Assembly (NCBI RefSeq): GCF_009914755.1
Contig: NC_060932.1
Source: the human T2T-CHM13v2.0 reference genome, Homo sapiens
Reading direction: 5' to 3' (one strand)
DNA: 64,000 bases
Position numbers and translations under genes: made by a program. The notes under the pieces are model-generated. The model did not search any database. It had not been told where the DNA came from and saw nothing but the letters and a program-made list of their open reading frames with translations. This document shows, one piece after another, positions 14,986 through 29,960 of the stretch (position 1 is its first letter; every line of letters begins with the position of its first letter).

Positions 14986-15358
14986 TGTATGGACTCAACG
15001 TCTATGGGGCACAATATTCATAAATTGAAGTCCTGACCCCTAATGTGATAGTATTTGGAGGTGAGGTCTTTAGGGAGTAATTATGTTTAGAGGAGGTCAT
15101 GAGAATGGGATCCTTATGATGGAATTAGTGTCCATGTAAGAGACCAGAGACTTCCCCTTCTCTCTTTCTTTCTCTCCCTGCCATGTGAGGATGCAGCAAG
15201 AAGGCCACCATGTGTAAGACAGGAAGAGAGCTCTCACTGGGATCCATGCTGGCACCATGATCTTAGACTCCCTGCCTCCGGAACTGTGAGAAATGAATGT
15301 CTGTTGTTTCAGTCACCTAGTCTATGGTATTTTGTTATGACAGCACGAGCTGAAACAG
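14986..15358 (+). mobile_element. MLT1A-type MaLR solo LTR
   Basis: tgtatggactc...gtatttggaggtgagg...agtctatggtattttgttatgacagc; TG...CA ends. Confidence 0.82.
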
Positions 15359-15730
15359 TTAAGTGTTATATTTTTCAACAGGTAAAACATAACAAAAAAC
15401 TAAAATCCAGATTAAGTGAATGACATAGCATGGCAGTTCTCAATTAGAACACACTAATAAGACACTAGTTCTCAGAGAACAACTTTAAGACTATTATCCT
15501 ATATATAATTCTATTTTTAAAAAAAATACTGACTTCCTCTTCTTCAAAACAATCAGTAATCAGGTTCTGACAAATCTTTTTGATGTCAGAGACACTCAGT
15601 CCATTTGGAATGCCATCCCTACTGTTCTGAACCAACGCATAGCCTCTCTCACTAGTCTTTTCACCTCTGATCTATTTTCTCTCCAATTTCCAAATTCACC
15701 CTGTGTACCAAGAGCAAACCAGAAACTTCA

Positions 15731-16250
<520 letters not shown>

Positions 16251-17315
16251 TCAAGGGCAAATCAATCTACATAAAATGTTACTTTGGTAATGTCACTTGT
16301 TAGCTCCTGGAATTTAACTCTTTGACAGCAGCCATTGCTGAACAATACAATGAAAACTCCTTAATCTAGCATGTAAAGGTCTTTAAGCCTGGCTCAAAGC
16401 GGTTATTTCTAACTGTACCTTCCATTACTCTATATAAATGGCTCCCTCTAGCCAAACTGCTCTATTCAAAGCCCTGCATGGGCTTTGCTCCTTCTCACCT
16501 CTTCTTTGGTCATCCTGTGTCTCCTGTTTGGAATGCCATCCTCTCTAACACCACCTTTCTCACAGTATCTAAATTTTAGTTGTCTTCTAAGACCTTGCCA
16601 CACAAGTCTTATCTAATCCATAAATGCCTCCCTAACCAATACACTCTAATTTAGACTCATTCATTCAATCAATCAATATTTATTGGATGCCTAGCATGTG
16701 ACAGGAGACACAGTTCTAGGGGCACTCACAGAATGCCTATATATATACTACGCATGAATTAAATACTGTTTTGCTCTTTTTGTTAATGTATATGTCAACC
16801 TCAACTACATTATGTGCTTCTTAAAGACAAGGAGTTCATTTATTCCACAGGGCAATAACGTAGTACTTTGTGTTTAGGGTTCAACATTCTCTGGCTAAAT
16901 GAATTTTGAAATAAGTTATAATCTTCTAATTTTTTGACCCAAAATAATCAATGCCTATCCTTGGAACTTTGAACAATTACAGCATTTTCTTGTGATGTAT
17001 ATATACATCTATACAAGAACAATGGACTTGGAGTCAGAAGGTCTGTGTGAAACCTGGGCTCCACTGTGCACCACCTCTGGCCATATTACTTTCTCTGTAC
17101 ATTAATCTCCATAAAATGAGAATATTTACACCTACCTGTGAAGATGTTCATGACTATGAGGCATAAGTAAATTAGAAAAAGACGTATTTTATTGTGCTAG
17201 AAGCATGCCTCGCACTCATTCATGAATCCAACAAACTTTTACTAGGTTATTTTCAACAGATGCCAATATCCTCATTTCCCACCAGAAGAGCTAATAAAGA
17301 TCTGTTTCCTTTCTG

Positions 17316-17549
17316 TTTTTTTTTTTTTTTTTTTCCTTTGAGATAGGGCCTCGCTCTGTCACCCAGGCGGAGTACAGTGACAATCACAGCTCACCGCAGG
17401 CCTCAATCTCCCAGACTCAGGTGATCCTCCTGCCTCAGCCTCCCAAGAAGCTGGGACTACTGGCATACGTCACCATGCCCGGCTAATTTTTTATTTTTTA
17501 TTTTTTATTTTTTTGTAGAGATGGGGTTTCGCCATGTTACCCAGGTTGG
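17316..17549 (-). mobile_element. 5'-truncated AluJ
   Basis: TSD aagatctgtttcctttctg / aagatccatttcctttctg. Confidence 0.85.
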
Positions 17550-19250
17550 AAGATCCATTTCCTTTCTGCTAGGTGATGGAAATGCTGTCTTTGACTAGTA
17601 AGTGAAAGAAAGGAATACCTACAGAAATATTCAAATATTCAATTAAAATATTTGAATTACATATTAAATAATCTCAAGGCCATAAAATTCTATTTTTAAA
17701 ATGTCTTTATTCTATTTATCACATAAGGCACAAACGTTAGGTATTTATAACCTTGCTAAAAGCACCAATGAAAATGGGATTTGGAAAAGAATAGAGAAAT
17801 TAACAAAATTGCTAATTATAATAAATATGATCAAGAAAACTTTGAATTCCTCTTTCACAAAATCGTTTTTCATATTTGACTTCCTATTTGAAGCAGGATA
17901 TGTGGGAATTCATTATTGATCAACTAGCTAGCCTACCTGGTTTTTCAGAAGAATTATCAACCTCTGTTAGGAATCCCTGCTGCTCCTGCTGGATGCAGTT
18001 GCCCACAAGAGAAGCAGCTGCTTTTAAAATCAACTTTAGATTGACTACAATTTGGAGCCTACCCTTGGGACCTTCATTTGGAGCTCATTTTTTAAACCAC
18101 AATTTGGTCTCTATCCTCATTGTCTTTATATACAAGGCTCATCTCTCTTAATCCACAGTGGCTCGAAATCTCTCATTATCTCTCTGTTTCAGCTACTTGA
18201 GAAGTCCACTGCCCATCTTTGACATCCACCCCAGAAAGATAATTTCAAGTAGACCATCTAGCTTACATTATAGGGCTCCTCATGTACCCTCTAAATTTAA
18301 TGATACTCAATCTAGCCATTTTTACATGACATGGCAACAAACAGAAATTTGAACATTTACCATTCAGTTTACAGGCAAAATCTTACATTAGGTACAGTTT
18401 GACTATTTTTATTTGACTATTTTTCCCTTTATTTTTCTTTCTAAGTCACCTTTTCTATACCATAACATAAAATTTAGGTAATTACTATATAATGCTTAAG
18501 ATTATAGGCTCTTGTGTGACACTAGTTCAAATCTGGGCTGCACTGGTTATTAGCTATGTTAACTTAAAAAAATTACTAATATTTTTAGGCCCCAAGAGCA
18601 AAAACCATCACTACTGCTTCACGGGTTTTTATTAATATTAAATGAGTTAGTACAAGTAAAACAGAAAAGCACCTAACATGAATTCTGTACAAATCCTGCA
18701 TTTTTAACATGGAGTAACAGTAACACTAGTTACTGGAGTAATAAGCTATAAATATACTTTCAATGCTTAATAAGACTGAGCAAGTATCATTTTGGTTAGT
18801 AGGCTCTTTTGAGCTTGAAAAATTATAAACACAACTTTCCCAGTTGTCTCCGCAGCTAGTCTGTAAAGATAAATATTTATAGATTTTTCTCCCTCAAATT
18901 TATTATTTTAATACAGAAAGTGGTTACTAGAAAAAGCGTGGAAAGTAAGGAAAAGTGAAGGGGGGGAGGACATGCATATTTCCACTATATACACTATGTG
19001 ATATATTTACTTCCAAGAATTTTATATCAAAAATGTAATTTTTTAAAATCAGTTATATAAAATTAAATCCTACCATTTCTACCTACCAGTACCATGGAAG
19101 TATTTTTCCTTGTTGGTTCAGCCTTTGACAATATAATTTTTAATAGCAGCATAATATTTCAAGTTGAATTCACATATTCTAAAGCAAACGTGGGCAGGAC
19201 CTTCTTGTGACAACTGCAAGCATACTTGCCATAAAAGAATAGTGATGGAG

Positions 19251-19415
19251 GGCCTAGGTGCAGTGGCTCACACCTATAATCCCACTGCTTTGGGAGGCTA
19301 AGAGTTCAGGGGTTCAAATCTGGGATAAGGACCAGGAGTTCAAGACCAGCCTGGGCAACACGGTGAGACTCTATCTCTAAAAAAAATTTAATTTAAATTA
19401 AAAAAAGAAAAAAGA
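19251..19415 (+). mobile_element. FLAM / Alu left monomer with internal replacement
   Basis: Left arm and A tail, with about 30 nt of non-consensus sequence at 19300-19332. Confidence 0.75.
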
Positions 19416-19903
19416 ATGTCAGTCGGGATCCACAGTCATGGGAGTGCAAACTTTTTTCTACAGCACACACACTGGCATCTTTCTAGTGCTTAGTATAGTC
19501 AAAACAATGATGGTAGCACTAAGCTAATAAATACAGGAAGAAAAAATATGGAACAAAGTTGTGGCTTCAACTTAAATGTTAATTTTCATTAAGGAGCACT
19601 TCCAATTTTTCACTAAGACAAACTAACAACTTCAATCAATATACAAAATATACATGTTTGCATTCCGACTTAAGGCAAGTCAACCTAAATTCATCAACAG
19701 TAAGAAAAATTCATAGATGTGCCTATGTTGAAACTTAAATTTTCCATCTGGTAGCTTAAGGATACTTTAGGTTATCAGAGATTTTAAAAATACATATAAC
19801 ACACATTTACTGAAACCTAATTATGAATTTTGCCAGATTCAACACATACTACTTTAATTGACTAACGGCAACCAGTAAAAATGTTTCATTTATTTAAAAA
19901 ATT

Positions 19904-20180
<277 letters not shown>

Positions 20181-23100
20181 TCACTGAACTTGGAAGGCAA
20201 AAACTTGGATTCATGTCCCAGCATGGCCCTCAACTATGCAACAGCCGAAAAATTGTTTACTAACTCTAGGTCCTAACTTTAAAGTGTAGTCCTTCAATGA
20301 TGTGATTCCTACTGTCTCTTCCAGCTCTAAAGTAAAGATGCTAAGAAATAAAGATGATAATGCTACCATTATCTGGCATGCAACTGACGGCCACGGGACA
20401 GGCGACTTATTGATGTACATCAAATCCTAAACCTGTAATTTTGTTCAGCAGTGTCCCAGACAGTGTGTGCTGTAGTCGGGGTGGCTGGCGGGGGTGGGGG
20501 GATAGCAGGTAGGCACAGTGGCCACTATAATCCCATTATTTGTTATATAAATGTATTGTTTTCTTTAAAAGTAAAAAACCATAAAAAAATTCTGCTTTAG
20601 TCTTTTCTGCTACCTTGGTTCCCTATCCCTTTAACAATAACAACAACCAGATTGAAATTAAATATTTGAGTTGCTCTCATTAAAGAAACTTCCATTTACT
20701 TTCCTGGTACACAAGGAAAACGATTTTGAAATCTGCCTAATCAACAGACATTAATATTGTCTGTTGAAATAAATATGTTTGCATAGTTATTTTAAAAACA
20801 CCATATAAAATCATGCTTAAATTCATTTATTTTGAACACATACCTATGAGCAATTAGTCTAAATATAAAGAAAAAGATGATGAATTATATGAATTTTCAA
20901 AGCACATTAAATTAGCATTGAAATTCTATGAACATACTTTAGAATGCTAACTTTGTTAATTTTTTGTTTGTTTGTAATATGCAATAGAGGGGAAGATATA
21001 TGTTGAAAATACATCTTGGCTCATTAAAAACGCAACACAGGCATATGCTCTTTTCAAACATCTTTTTAAACCAAGAAGGAGATCTTTGTTTGCCATCTTT
21101 CAAATAAACATTCATTTCTGGTCCTGATTCTAAGCAAGATACAGTATAGTAAATGACAGATTTGCTATGTCTTTGAGTTAACAAAAAATAAAAAACAAGG
21201 TAAGCACCAGAGTACTGTGGAACACACTGAGATTATTAGTATTAATTTTTACATATTTCAACTGACTAAATGTAGCTATAAAGGGTACCCTGACTGTAAA
21301 TTTAAACTGCTATGTTTATGTGAAGACTGTGTAATAAGCAGTCATTATGCTCTTTTGTAATCTCTAATGGGAAAACTAAGAAGTTCTTCCTCCTTTAAAA
21401 TTAAATGCCTTAATAAAGTAAGATTTTTAGGGGAAAAAACACTCAACTTTTTAAGTTGTAAATTACTGAAAGTTGCTCTCACTAGACTTGACTATTTAGA
21501 AACTACAGTGATTAAATGCTTTCCAGAGCTTACATGTTAGTGCTTTCAACATCAAATGTACAATGAGAAACATGTCAGCACTCTGCTCTGCGAAGCTTTG
21601 GCCTTCAGTCAGCAACAGTACAGGATGGCCAGGTCCTGCACGACTGAGATAGACAGAAACGCCTTAGCAAACCAGAGCCACCAGATCCATCATTTGCTTC
21701 TGACAGCTTGTGCCTACATACTTGCCCTCAACCCACATGTTTGCAAACACAACCTTCTACACATTAAACTAACAGGCTATTCCTTTGCTCCTGAATCACA
21801 CAGGCTGCCTAATGAAGTTCCTAGCTAAATCTCTCCACTGAAATTACTTTCCATAGGAAAAACTGTACAGATATCCCAGTAAATTGAATAAAGAGATTGA
21901 AAAATTGTAGGAATTCTTCACACATGTGTAATTACCAAAGTAAAAGAAATATTTTAAAGTACGTATTTATTGTTGACTGATTTCCAACTTACAGAAATGT
22001 ACATACAAACACTTGAAAAATAAAGCTTCAAAAGTACACACTTTTTTAGGATTTTGGAATGTGTTCAAACTTGGCAGAAACTGTGGGATCCTTGAAACAT
22101 CAAGGTTTTTCACTTTTTCTTCTTCTTTTTTTAAACTGCCTGTAAACTTTCATCACCAGTATTCTGCTACAGGTATAGACATGGCTAAAATGCATTGATT
22201 CATCCTAGAAGGAGGGATGTTTACAGAAATTAAGCCAGATTCACTCAAAGCAAAGCACAGGCTTCAACATGAAACCCCTACCCCCACCTAAAAAACCTTC
22301 TCAGCAGTAACTATCTAACTTATCTACGTGTCTCCTCTACTCTTCCCTTAATTCTTCTGTGTCATGTTTCTGGTTATACTATCATGTGCTTCCAACTTTT
22401 TTTCCTTTGATAAGAGTAATTTTAAGAGGCTAATTTTTTTTTCTTACCCCACAGCAGTCTCTTAACTGATTGGTCTGAAATTCCTTTGCTCCACCTCCTA
22501 ACATCTGTCACAAAAGTCAGATTATAAGTCAACCCAAAGGGGAGCAAGGGGTGTGCACGTAAGAGGGAACACCAGAAAAATGAAACACTAGTGGTTAGGG
22601 CATCACTAGAAACCATAATATAGTTTCTATTCTTTATTTGATACAATTGTACAAAAGGACACCATGTTAGATATAACATTAGGCTGAATGTTAATTTCCT
22701 AAATAAAAATTCTCTTTAAAGATGTAAAATAATAATCCCTTTATTATTCAATATGTAGAGATTTATTAAACACTTATAAAGTAATAATTTAATATTTACA
22801 GTGAAGAAAACTAACTTTCATCTTCATTTTTAAAGTAATCTCTAATACTATCAGAAATATTAACAGTGAAATACATTAATTACAAGCCAAATTATACATT
22901 GTATGTAGCTACTTAGGTATTTTACTAAGAAAATAACTTTATCTTTGATATTTCCTATTTTAAAAACTTATCTGTGAATTGATTTAATGATTGTGTATAT
23001 AAATCTGCCAAAATTATTTCAATGGATGAAACAATGAATCAGTACCTATTTATATGCTGCCAAGGCACACCTATAATTTTTTAAATGATGATAAGAGTAG

Positions 23101-23185
23101 CCTAAAGCAGTGAGCAGACATCTCAGAAATTTCAGTGTAAGTGGTTTTAACTTGCAACATGATGCCAAAAAACTTAGAACAGGGA

Positions 23186-24144
23186 GCTGCCATCTTGCAT
23201 CCCCGTGTGTGTGCACCTAATCTCAGCTGGTTCCCCCGAGACCCCCTGAGCACCAACCCTAGTCCCCCGCGCAGCCCCTTATCCGCTGCGACAAGATGAA
23301 AGAAACAATCATGAACCAGGAAAAACTCGCCAAACTGCAGGCAAAAGTGCCCATTGGTGGAACTGCTCACAGAAAGAAGGTGGTTCACAGAACAGCCACA
23401 GCAAATGATAAAAAACGTCAGTTCTCCTTAAAGAAGTTAGAAATCTCTGGCATTGAAGAGGTGAATATGTTTACAAACCAAGCAACAGTGATCCACTTTA
23501 ACAACCCTAAAGCCCAGACATCTCTGGCAGTGAACACTTTCACCATTACAGGCTATACTGAGACAAAGCAGCTGACAGAAATGCTACCCAGAATCTTAAA
23601 CCAGCTTGGTGCAGGCAGTCTGACTAGTTTAAGGACTGGCTGAAGCACTGTCCAAACAATCTGTGGGTGGAAAAGCACCACTTACTACTGGAGAGAATGA
23701 TGATGATGAAGTTCCAGATCTTGTGGAGAATTTGGATGAGGCTTCCAAGAATGAGGCAAACTGAAGTGAGTCAACTTCAGTGACTCAACTTCTGAAGACA
23801 AAACTTGAAGAAGTTACTGGGAGCTGCTATTTTATATTATGACTGCTTTTTAAGAAATTTTTGTTTATGGGTCTGATAAAATCTAGATCTCTAATATTTT
23901 TAAGCTCAAGTCCCTTGGACACTACAGCTCTTTTCAGTTTTTGCTTATACGCAATTCATTCTTTGCAGCTAATTAAGCCGAAGAAGTCTGTGAATAAAGT
24001 TTGAAACAAAGGTTAACGAAGTTCTTTGCCTAGTATACAGTTTTATTCTTTATTTCATTGACACCGATCTGTACACAGTAAATCACAGTGTAGTGTAACA
24101 CAGGTGGTATAAAGTTCTCATGTTTGGAAAAAAAAAAAAAAAAA
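23186..24144 (+). pseudogene. BTF3P12: Processed BTF3 (NAC-beta) pseudogene, short BTF3b form, probably BTF3P12
   Basis: ORF 23296-23643 ([15 protein letters not shown]...) is clearly BTF3b and intronless. It has small in-frame deletions and a frameshift near SLTSLR; the acidic tail ([21 protein letters not shown]) continues in another frame. Both UTRs are present and poly(A) is at 24128-24144. A degenerate TSD (15/18) is aaaaacttagaacaggga at 23168-23185 and aaaaccttacatcaggga at 24141-24158. The symbol is from my recollection that BTF3P12 lies within NCOA2. Confidence 0.9.
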
Positions 24145-26349
24145 CCTTACATCAGGGACACATTTAACTAAAGCAACAAGAAAAACTTGTTTTTTGGTTA
24201 AAAGTGCTTGGTGGTTCTCTGATACATATGAGCACCTGAAAAATAATTCAGATCCATATCTACTCCATTAGGATACTGAAGTTTCCAAAGCCTACAGAGC
24301 TTCAGCTAATTGTAATTGCTGTGAAGGGCGAGAACCTACCATGTGCTCAATCTTGCCATCTGTAAGTGCTTTACACAACTCCAGGGCTTTTTAAGTAGGG
24401 TCAAAAATTTACAGTTATTTTTTTAAACTAATTACCAATCACAAAATTCTTTTGCTTTATGTCATCCTTGAAAAATTCTCTGAATAATTTTGGTAATATC
24501 CCATCATAAATTTGCTCAACATTAGCTCTATCCACAAATCTGTTTTACATTCATATTACAAATACAGTCTTTAATGATCAAGCAAATATTTATTCTCATA
24601 TTTAGCAAAATGATTTTCTTCCAAAATAACTCCGAAAGATACTGCTTATAGAACACAGCAATTATTCTAAGACTCCTTTACAAAATCACTGGTGGCCTGC
24701 AACGCAACAATCCCATAAAATATGAACTGAAAAGTATTCATAATCAGGACCTCAATCTCATCGCTACTCGTGAACTCTGTTACCACTGAAGATGCTCGCT
24801 CACTCCACTGTCTCACCTCTTAGTGTCCACAACAGAAACACTGAGGCATCATCTCCCGTAATTAAGATTTCGGCTAGAGAAGTGGCACAGTAAGTTATAC
24901 CATTTCCAGACCTAACAGATTTACACTACAATTAAATATATTAAAATTTCTGCACATAAAAAACTCATATATACCTAATCAAAAGGCATCTTTACCCAGC
25001 CAGTAGGTTCATCTGTAGTTCTGATTATTTTAAATGAGCAGATATTCCAAAAATCAAAATAAGTACAAATATGCCATCTTCTAAAATTCTCTAATTCTCA
25101 AGTTTTATTTCTCTCATTTAGAGTTATCAAACTTTACTTGCAAAACTGTATTCTTAATTAACCACAGGAAATTTCCAGTAAACTGAAATCATCACCATAA
25201 ATTCAGTAGGTATAATGAGAAATCATCTAAGAGTAGAATATAGTCCTTAAAAAGAAATAAGTACTTATATATAGTTGTTCAGCTTATTAAAGAATTGTAT
25301 TCTTAAAAATACTATATAAATCATGTAAATTTGAATTTTATTTTCAATATGTGAAGGAAATTTAATATTTAAAAGGAAACCTGCTGAGTTCTTTTTTAAA
25401 ACTGAATAATCTTTAGCAATACAAATGATCAACTCCTACTTAAATTATTTTATATGTAGGAATCTGATACCTTAAAACAGGTTGTCTATGTAGTATTACT
25501 CTAATTAAAAAAACAAACAGCTAACCAAAGAAGAACAAGCTTAGCGGAGAAAATATGAAAAAAATTTTGAATTAATGTTTCTAATTAGCAAGGGCTTTCA
25601 CAAAGACATAAAAGCAAATTTTGCTTTCCTGATTAATTAGAACACCAACACAAAGAACTAGACTCTAATTGGCAGTTCTTCTAGAGAACTAGGATGGAAC
25701 AGATGCAACCAACAGTAGAATATGTGTTAATTTTTAAAAGTGCACTGAAAATCTTGTGTCATAGATATATAGATAGACGATGGTTCTTATGCTTAAACAC
25801 TTTCAACAACTATAAAGGCTATGTAGCTGGTAGTACAGCAGAAATAGTTTGGCCAAAAAATACTAAACTTTGCAAAGTTTTTGTCCACTTAGCTGTAAGG
25901 TAAAATATTGACTGAGATGACCTTTGAAAACATCTAGAATTGTTCCTCTTTCTATGAATGATTCCCTAATTATCAGAGACATATTTCAATATTTGCTGTT
26001 AATTTTAATGGAAGAATTTCACAATACACTCAAAGAATACCAATTTCTTCCTCCAAGATAAAAGGAGGCACAGATCATTAATGTAAAATGAATATGCCTA
26101 AATTAAATGAAAAGAGAAAAAGAAATTAAGGAAGAAATTTGGGACAGGACCCATAACAGCACTGCAATTAAAAAGATAAGGAAAGGAAATTCTCAGGAAA
26201 GACAAATAAATCCTCCAGATTCCAAGATGAGAAACTTGCTCTTAGGGGGAAAAAAAGATTAACATTAAAGAATAGCAAATTGAGGCGATTTAAGAAGTAA
26301 ATTCAAAATATGGCAGCAAAAACTTCTGAATGCCAAATTTTAAGTACAC

Positions 26350-26719
26350 TGATATAGTTTGGTTGTGTCCCCACCCAAATCTCATCATGAATTGTAGTTC
26401 CCATAATCCCCAGGTGTCTAGGAGGGTCCCTGTGGGAGGTAATTGAATTGGGAGGTGGTTTCCCCCATCCTATTTTTGTGATAGTACGTTATCACTGAGA
26501 TCTGATGGTTTTATAAGGGGCTTCTCCCTTCACTCAGTTCTCATTCTTCTCTCGCCTGCTGCCTTGTGAAGGAAGACATATTTTCTTCCCCTTCTGCCAT
26601 GACTGTTAAGTTTCCTGAGGCCTTCCTAACCATGTGAAACTGTGAGTCAATTAAACCTCTTTCCTTTATAAATTACCCAGTCTCGGGTATTTCTTCATAG
26701 CAGCGTGAGGACTAATATA
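26350..26719 (+). mobile_element. THE1 (THE1C/D-like) MaLR solo LTR
   Basis: tgatatagtttggttgtgtccccacccaaatctcatc...attaaacctctttcctttataaattacccagtctcggg; perfect 5-bp TSD TACAC at 26345-26349 and 26720-26724. Confidence 0.92.
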
Positions 26720-27804
26720 TACACCCGTTAGTCTCAAAACAATTCTCTCAAATTCTGATATACAGACCTTTAAAAAACAGACATCATCTACATGGCATTC
26801 TAAATTTTCTGATATTTTCATTCTTTACTAGCCACTTTCATTCTGCTGTCTCATTGTCTAAGTAAAATAATTTCAGAATGAATAACATAATAAAGTGTAA
26901 GTATACTAAAGCACAAATACTTTCTCTTAAAAAACAATTTCTAAGACCCCATTTAAGCAGAACCTAGATTTCTCCACCTTGTGTTTTATCCTTCATTCCC
27001 CAGTCCCAACCATGGGCAAGCTCTTTAATTTTTTTTCCCTCGGGTTCTTCATCTAAAGCAGGCGTTTTTGTTTTTTTTCCTAATTGCTTCAGTGATTACG
27101 CAAAAACAAAATGAGACAAATGCCCAAAAATGGTCTGTATAACATTTCTGCAATAAAGCACAAATGACAGAAGTCACTAAAGCTTGAGTGATCCTTAACT
27201 GTCCAATTTCCTTCTGAAACTTTACTATACATTACTACTATCTCTTGCCTTTTCTGTTTTTCCAAGTAATAATCTCTTCTTTTCTCTATTTACCCTAACC
27301 TTAAGAAACTCACAATTCAGATGAGAAAATATTTACTGGTTCTTCTGTAAAGATGTTCTAAAGATGTAGCTATATCTTTCGGTTAAATGAAACTAATCCT
27401 GAAACTTTTTTAAAAATAAAATCCCTACATTTTAAAATAAAATCTTTGCTAAAGTACATGGTTTCTTTACCTTCCTAAATGGTGTTCTTTGGTAATGTTA
27501 ATAGCAGTATTAAGGGCCAGACAGTTGAGTAAAAAAAAATTACTTCTAAACTAAATGTTCCCACAAATGCTATTTTTAGGTCACGTTTATACACTATTCA
27601 TACTTTTATGTGAATTTCTTAATTATCAGGGTACTCACTGTCATTTTTTAAAAAATGAATACACTACAATTTATCCATCCTTCTGTTAGACATTTAAATT
27701 TTTTCCAGTTTTTTGCTATTTCCCCACTGTCGTTTTTGATGTATTCCATATGCCTGATTCTACCAGCCAGTTTTCTGTTTTCTAGACTTTACTCCCATAT
27801 TCAT

Positions 27805-28300
27805 ATCTTTATAATAGCTTTAATGATATATAATTTACATGCCATACAATTCATCAATTTAAATAAAATGTACAATAGTTTTTAGTATATTCAGAGTTGT
27901 GCAACCAATACCACAATCAATTTTAGAACATTATTAACACTATAAAAAGAAACCCTATATCCATTAGCACTCACTCCCATTTTCTCCCACTCTCCAATCC
28001 CAGCCCTAGGCAACCATTAATCTACCTTCTATCTCTACAGCATTGCCTATTCTGGACATTTCATATAAATGGAATCATACAATATATGGCCTTTATGACT
28101 GGCTTCTTTCACTAAATTTAATGCTTTCAGGGCTCATCCATTTTGTAGCATGTATCAGTATTTCACTTCTTTTTATTGCCAAATAATATTCCACTGAAGT
28201 ATATAGCAAGTTTTACTTATCCATTCATCAGCTGATGGATGTTTGGACTGTTTTTATTTTGGGACTATTATGACTAATGCTGCTATGAACATTCTCATAT
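27805..28300 (-). mobile_element. Old L1 (L1MB7/8-like) 3' end
   Basis: cccagccctaggcaaccattaatctac...ctattctggacatttcatataaatggaatcatacaatat motif. Confidence 0.82.
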
Positions 28301-28593
28301 TCACGTTCCATCAATATAGAAAGTCTACTAACTAGTTTATGGTAATGGGATGATGTGGATCATAGGGAGCCTGGATATCCACAGGAGACCAAACCAGGTC
28401 TTTTGTAAGACCTGGGGTGACTCCTCCTTCCCTTAGAAGTCAGTCACTTCCTAGAATCCGCTTATCTTCATCCCCTCTGCCACTACCCCTCAGTTCACAT
28501 CTCATCTGGATCACTTCCACAGGCTAAACCCGCCTCAGCCTCCAGTATTGCCCTCCTCTAGTCCATTCACCCCAGGACAGGGCATTCATTCTA

Positions 28594-28916
<323 letters not shown>

Positions 28917-29439
28917 TCATTTCCCTGTATCAATCCGTCAATGAATCCCTATGGCACTCAAGATTAAAGTAAAATGGCTTACCAAGCAAAAGGCCCTTGG
29001 ATGATCTCGCCTTACCAATCTCCATAATCCTGACCTCTCGCTATTTCTGCTGCACCTATGAGGAACAACTGGAGTTCATTATTCCAAAGGCCTTGCTCCC
29101 TCTTCTCACCACTGAACCTTTGTACATGCTGCCCTCTCTGCCTGGAATTACCCGCAGTAGGTGCTTCCCCTTATGATGGAACTGTTTATTTCCTACCTTT
29201 TTTTCAATATGCCATCACCTCCACAATGACATACACTCCAAGTGAGTGAAATGTGTCTTTTCTCATTACCAGCGGATCTAGTACAATCAATGGCATAGAG
29301 TGGATTTTCAACACTATTTGTGGCTCTCATGAGGAAATGCTATGCTTATTAGTATACCTGAATAATTCCTGAGTAAGAAGGACTTTCCTAGGCTCTGGGG
29401 TTGATAAAAAGCTGGTAAGGAAATACAAAACACAAACCT

Positions 29440-29960
29440 TAACCTTGGCTTACCCCTCTACAACACATGCAAGCAACCCTCCCCTGTCAGGTCACATGGT
29501 TCATGATGAGACTAATATCCCTACTTCCTCACAGCCTCTAGAGTGACCAGGACTAGCCAAAATGCTGTGCCTTAATTTCAGCCCCCTGGCAAGATTGGCT
29601 CAGGAACAGGCAGGTAATCCAACATGGACCAGTGAGAGTCATTCCTGTAATTTTTTTTTAGAGCTATCAGGAAAGATCCTTTTGAGAGGGGATTGTTGAC
29701 TGTTAAAATGACATAAGGCAGAGCTGCTAATGACCTTCTCTGCCATGACGTAAGGTCCTAATTGAAAAAAGCCAACACAAGAAAGTAGAGAAAAAGAGAA
29801 GGTCCTGATGACATCACTTAATTCCTTCCATCCAGACTTGCCCTGAGCCAGTTGTAGCTTTGGACTTCCCACTTACAAAAGGTAATAAGTTCCAGGTTTG
29901 CTTATACTGGTTTGAGTTGCATTTCTACACTTGCAGCCAAGGAGTCCATGACTACACACA
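29440..29960 (+). mobile_element. Old MLT1 (J/K/L-like) LTR
   Basis: gattggctcaggaacagggcagg; ggtttgagttgcatttctacacttgcagccaa is an MLT1-type 3' end. Confidence 0.6.

Noticed and set aside
17629-17657. Short inverted repeats (also about 42986-43016, 57390-57411, 60291-60329) as possible miRNA or terminator hairpins
   Set aside because: Stems of 9-12 bp are too short for pre-miRNAs and are expected by chance in AT-rich DNA.
23071-23388. 105-aa ORF on the host strand
   Set aside because: Antisense frame of the BTF3 pseudogene running into flank, with no convincing splice context.
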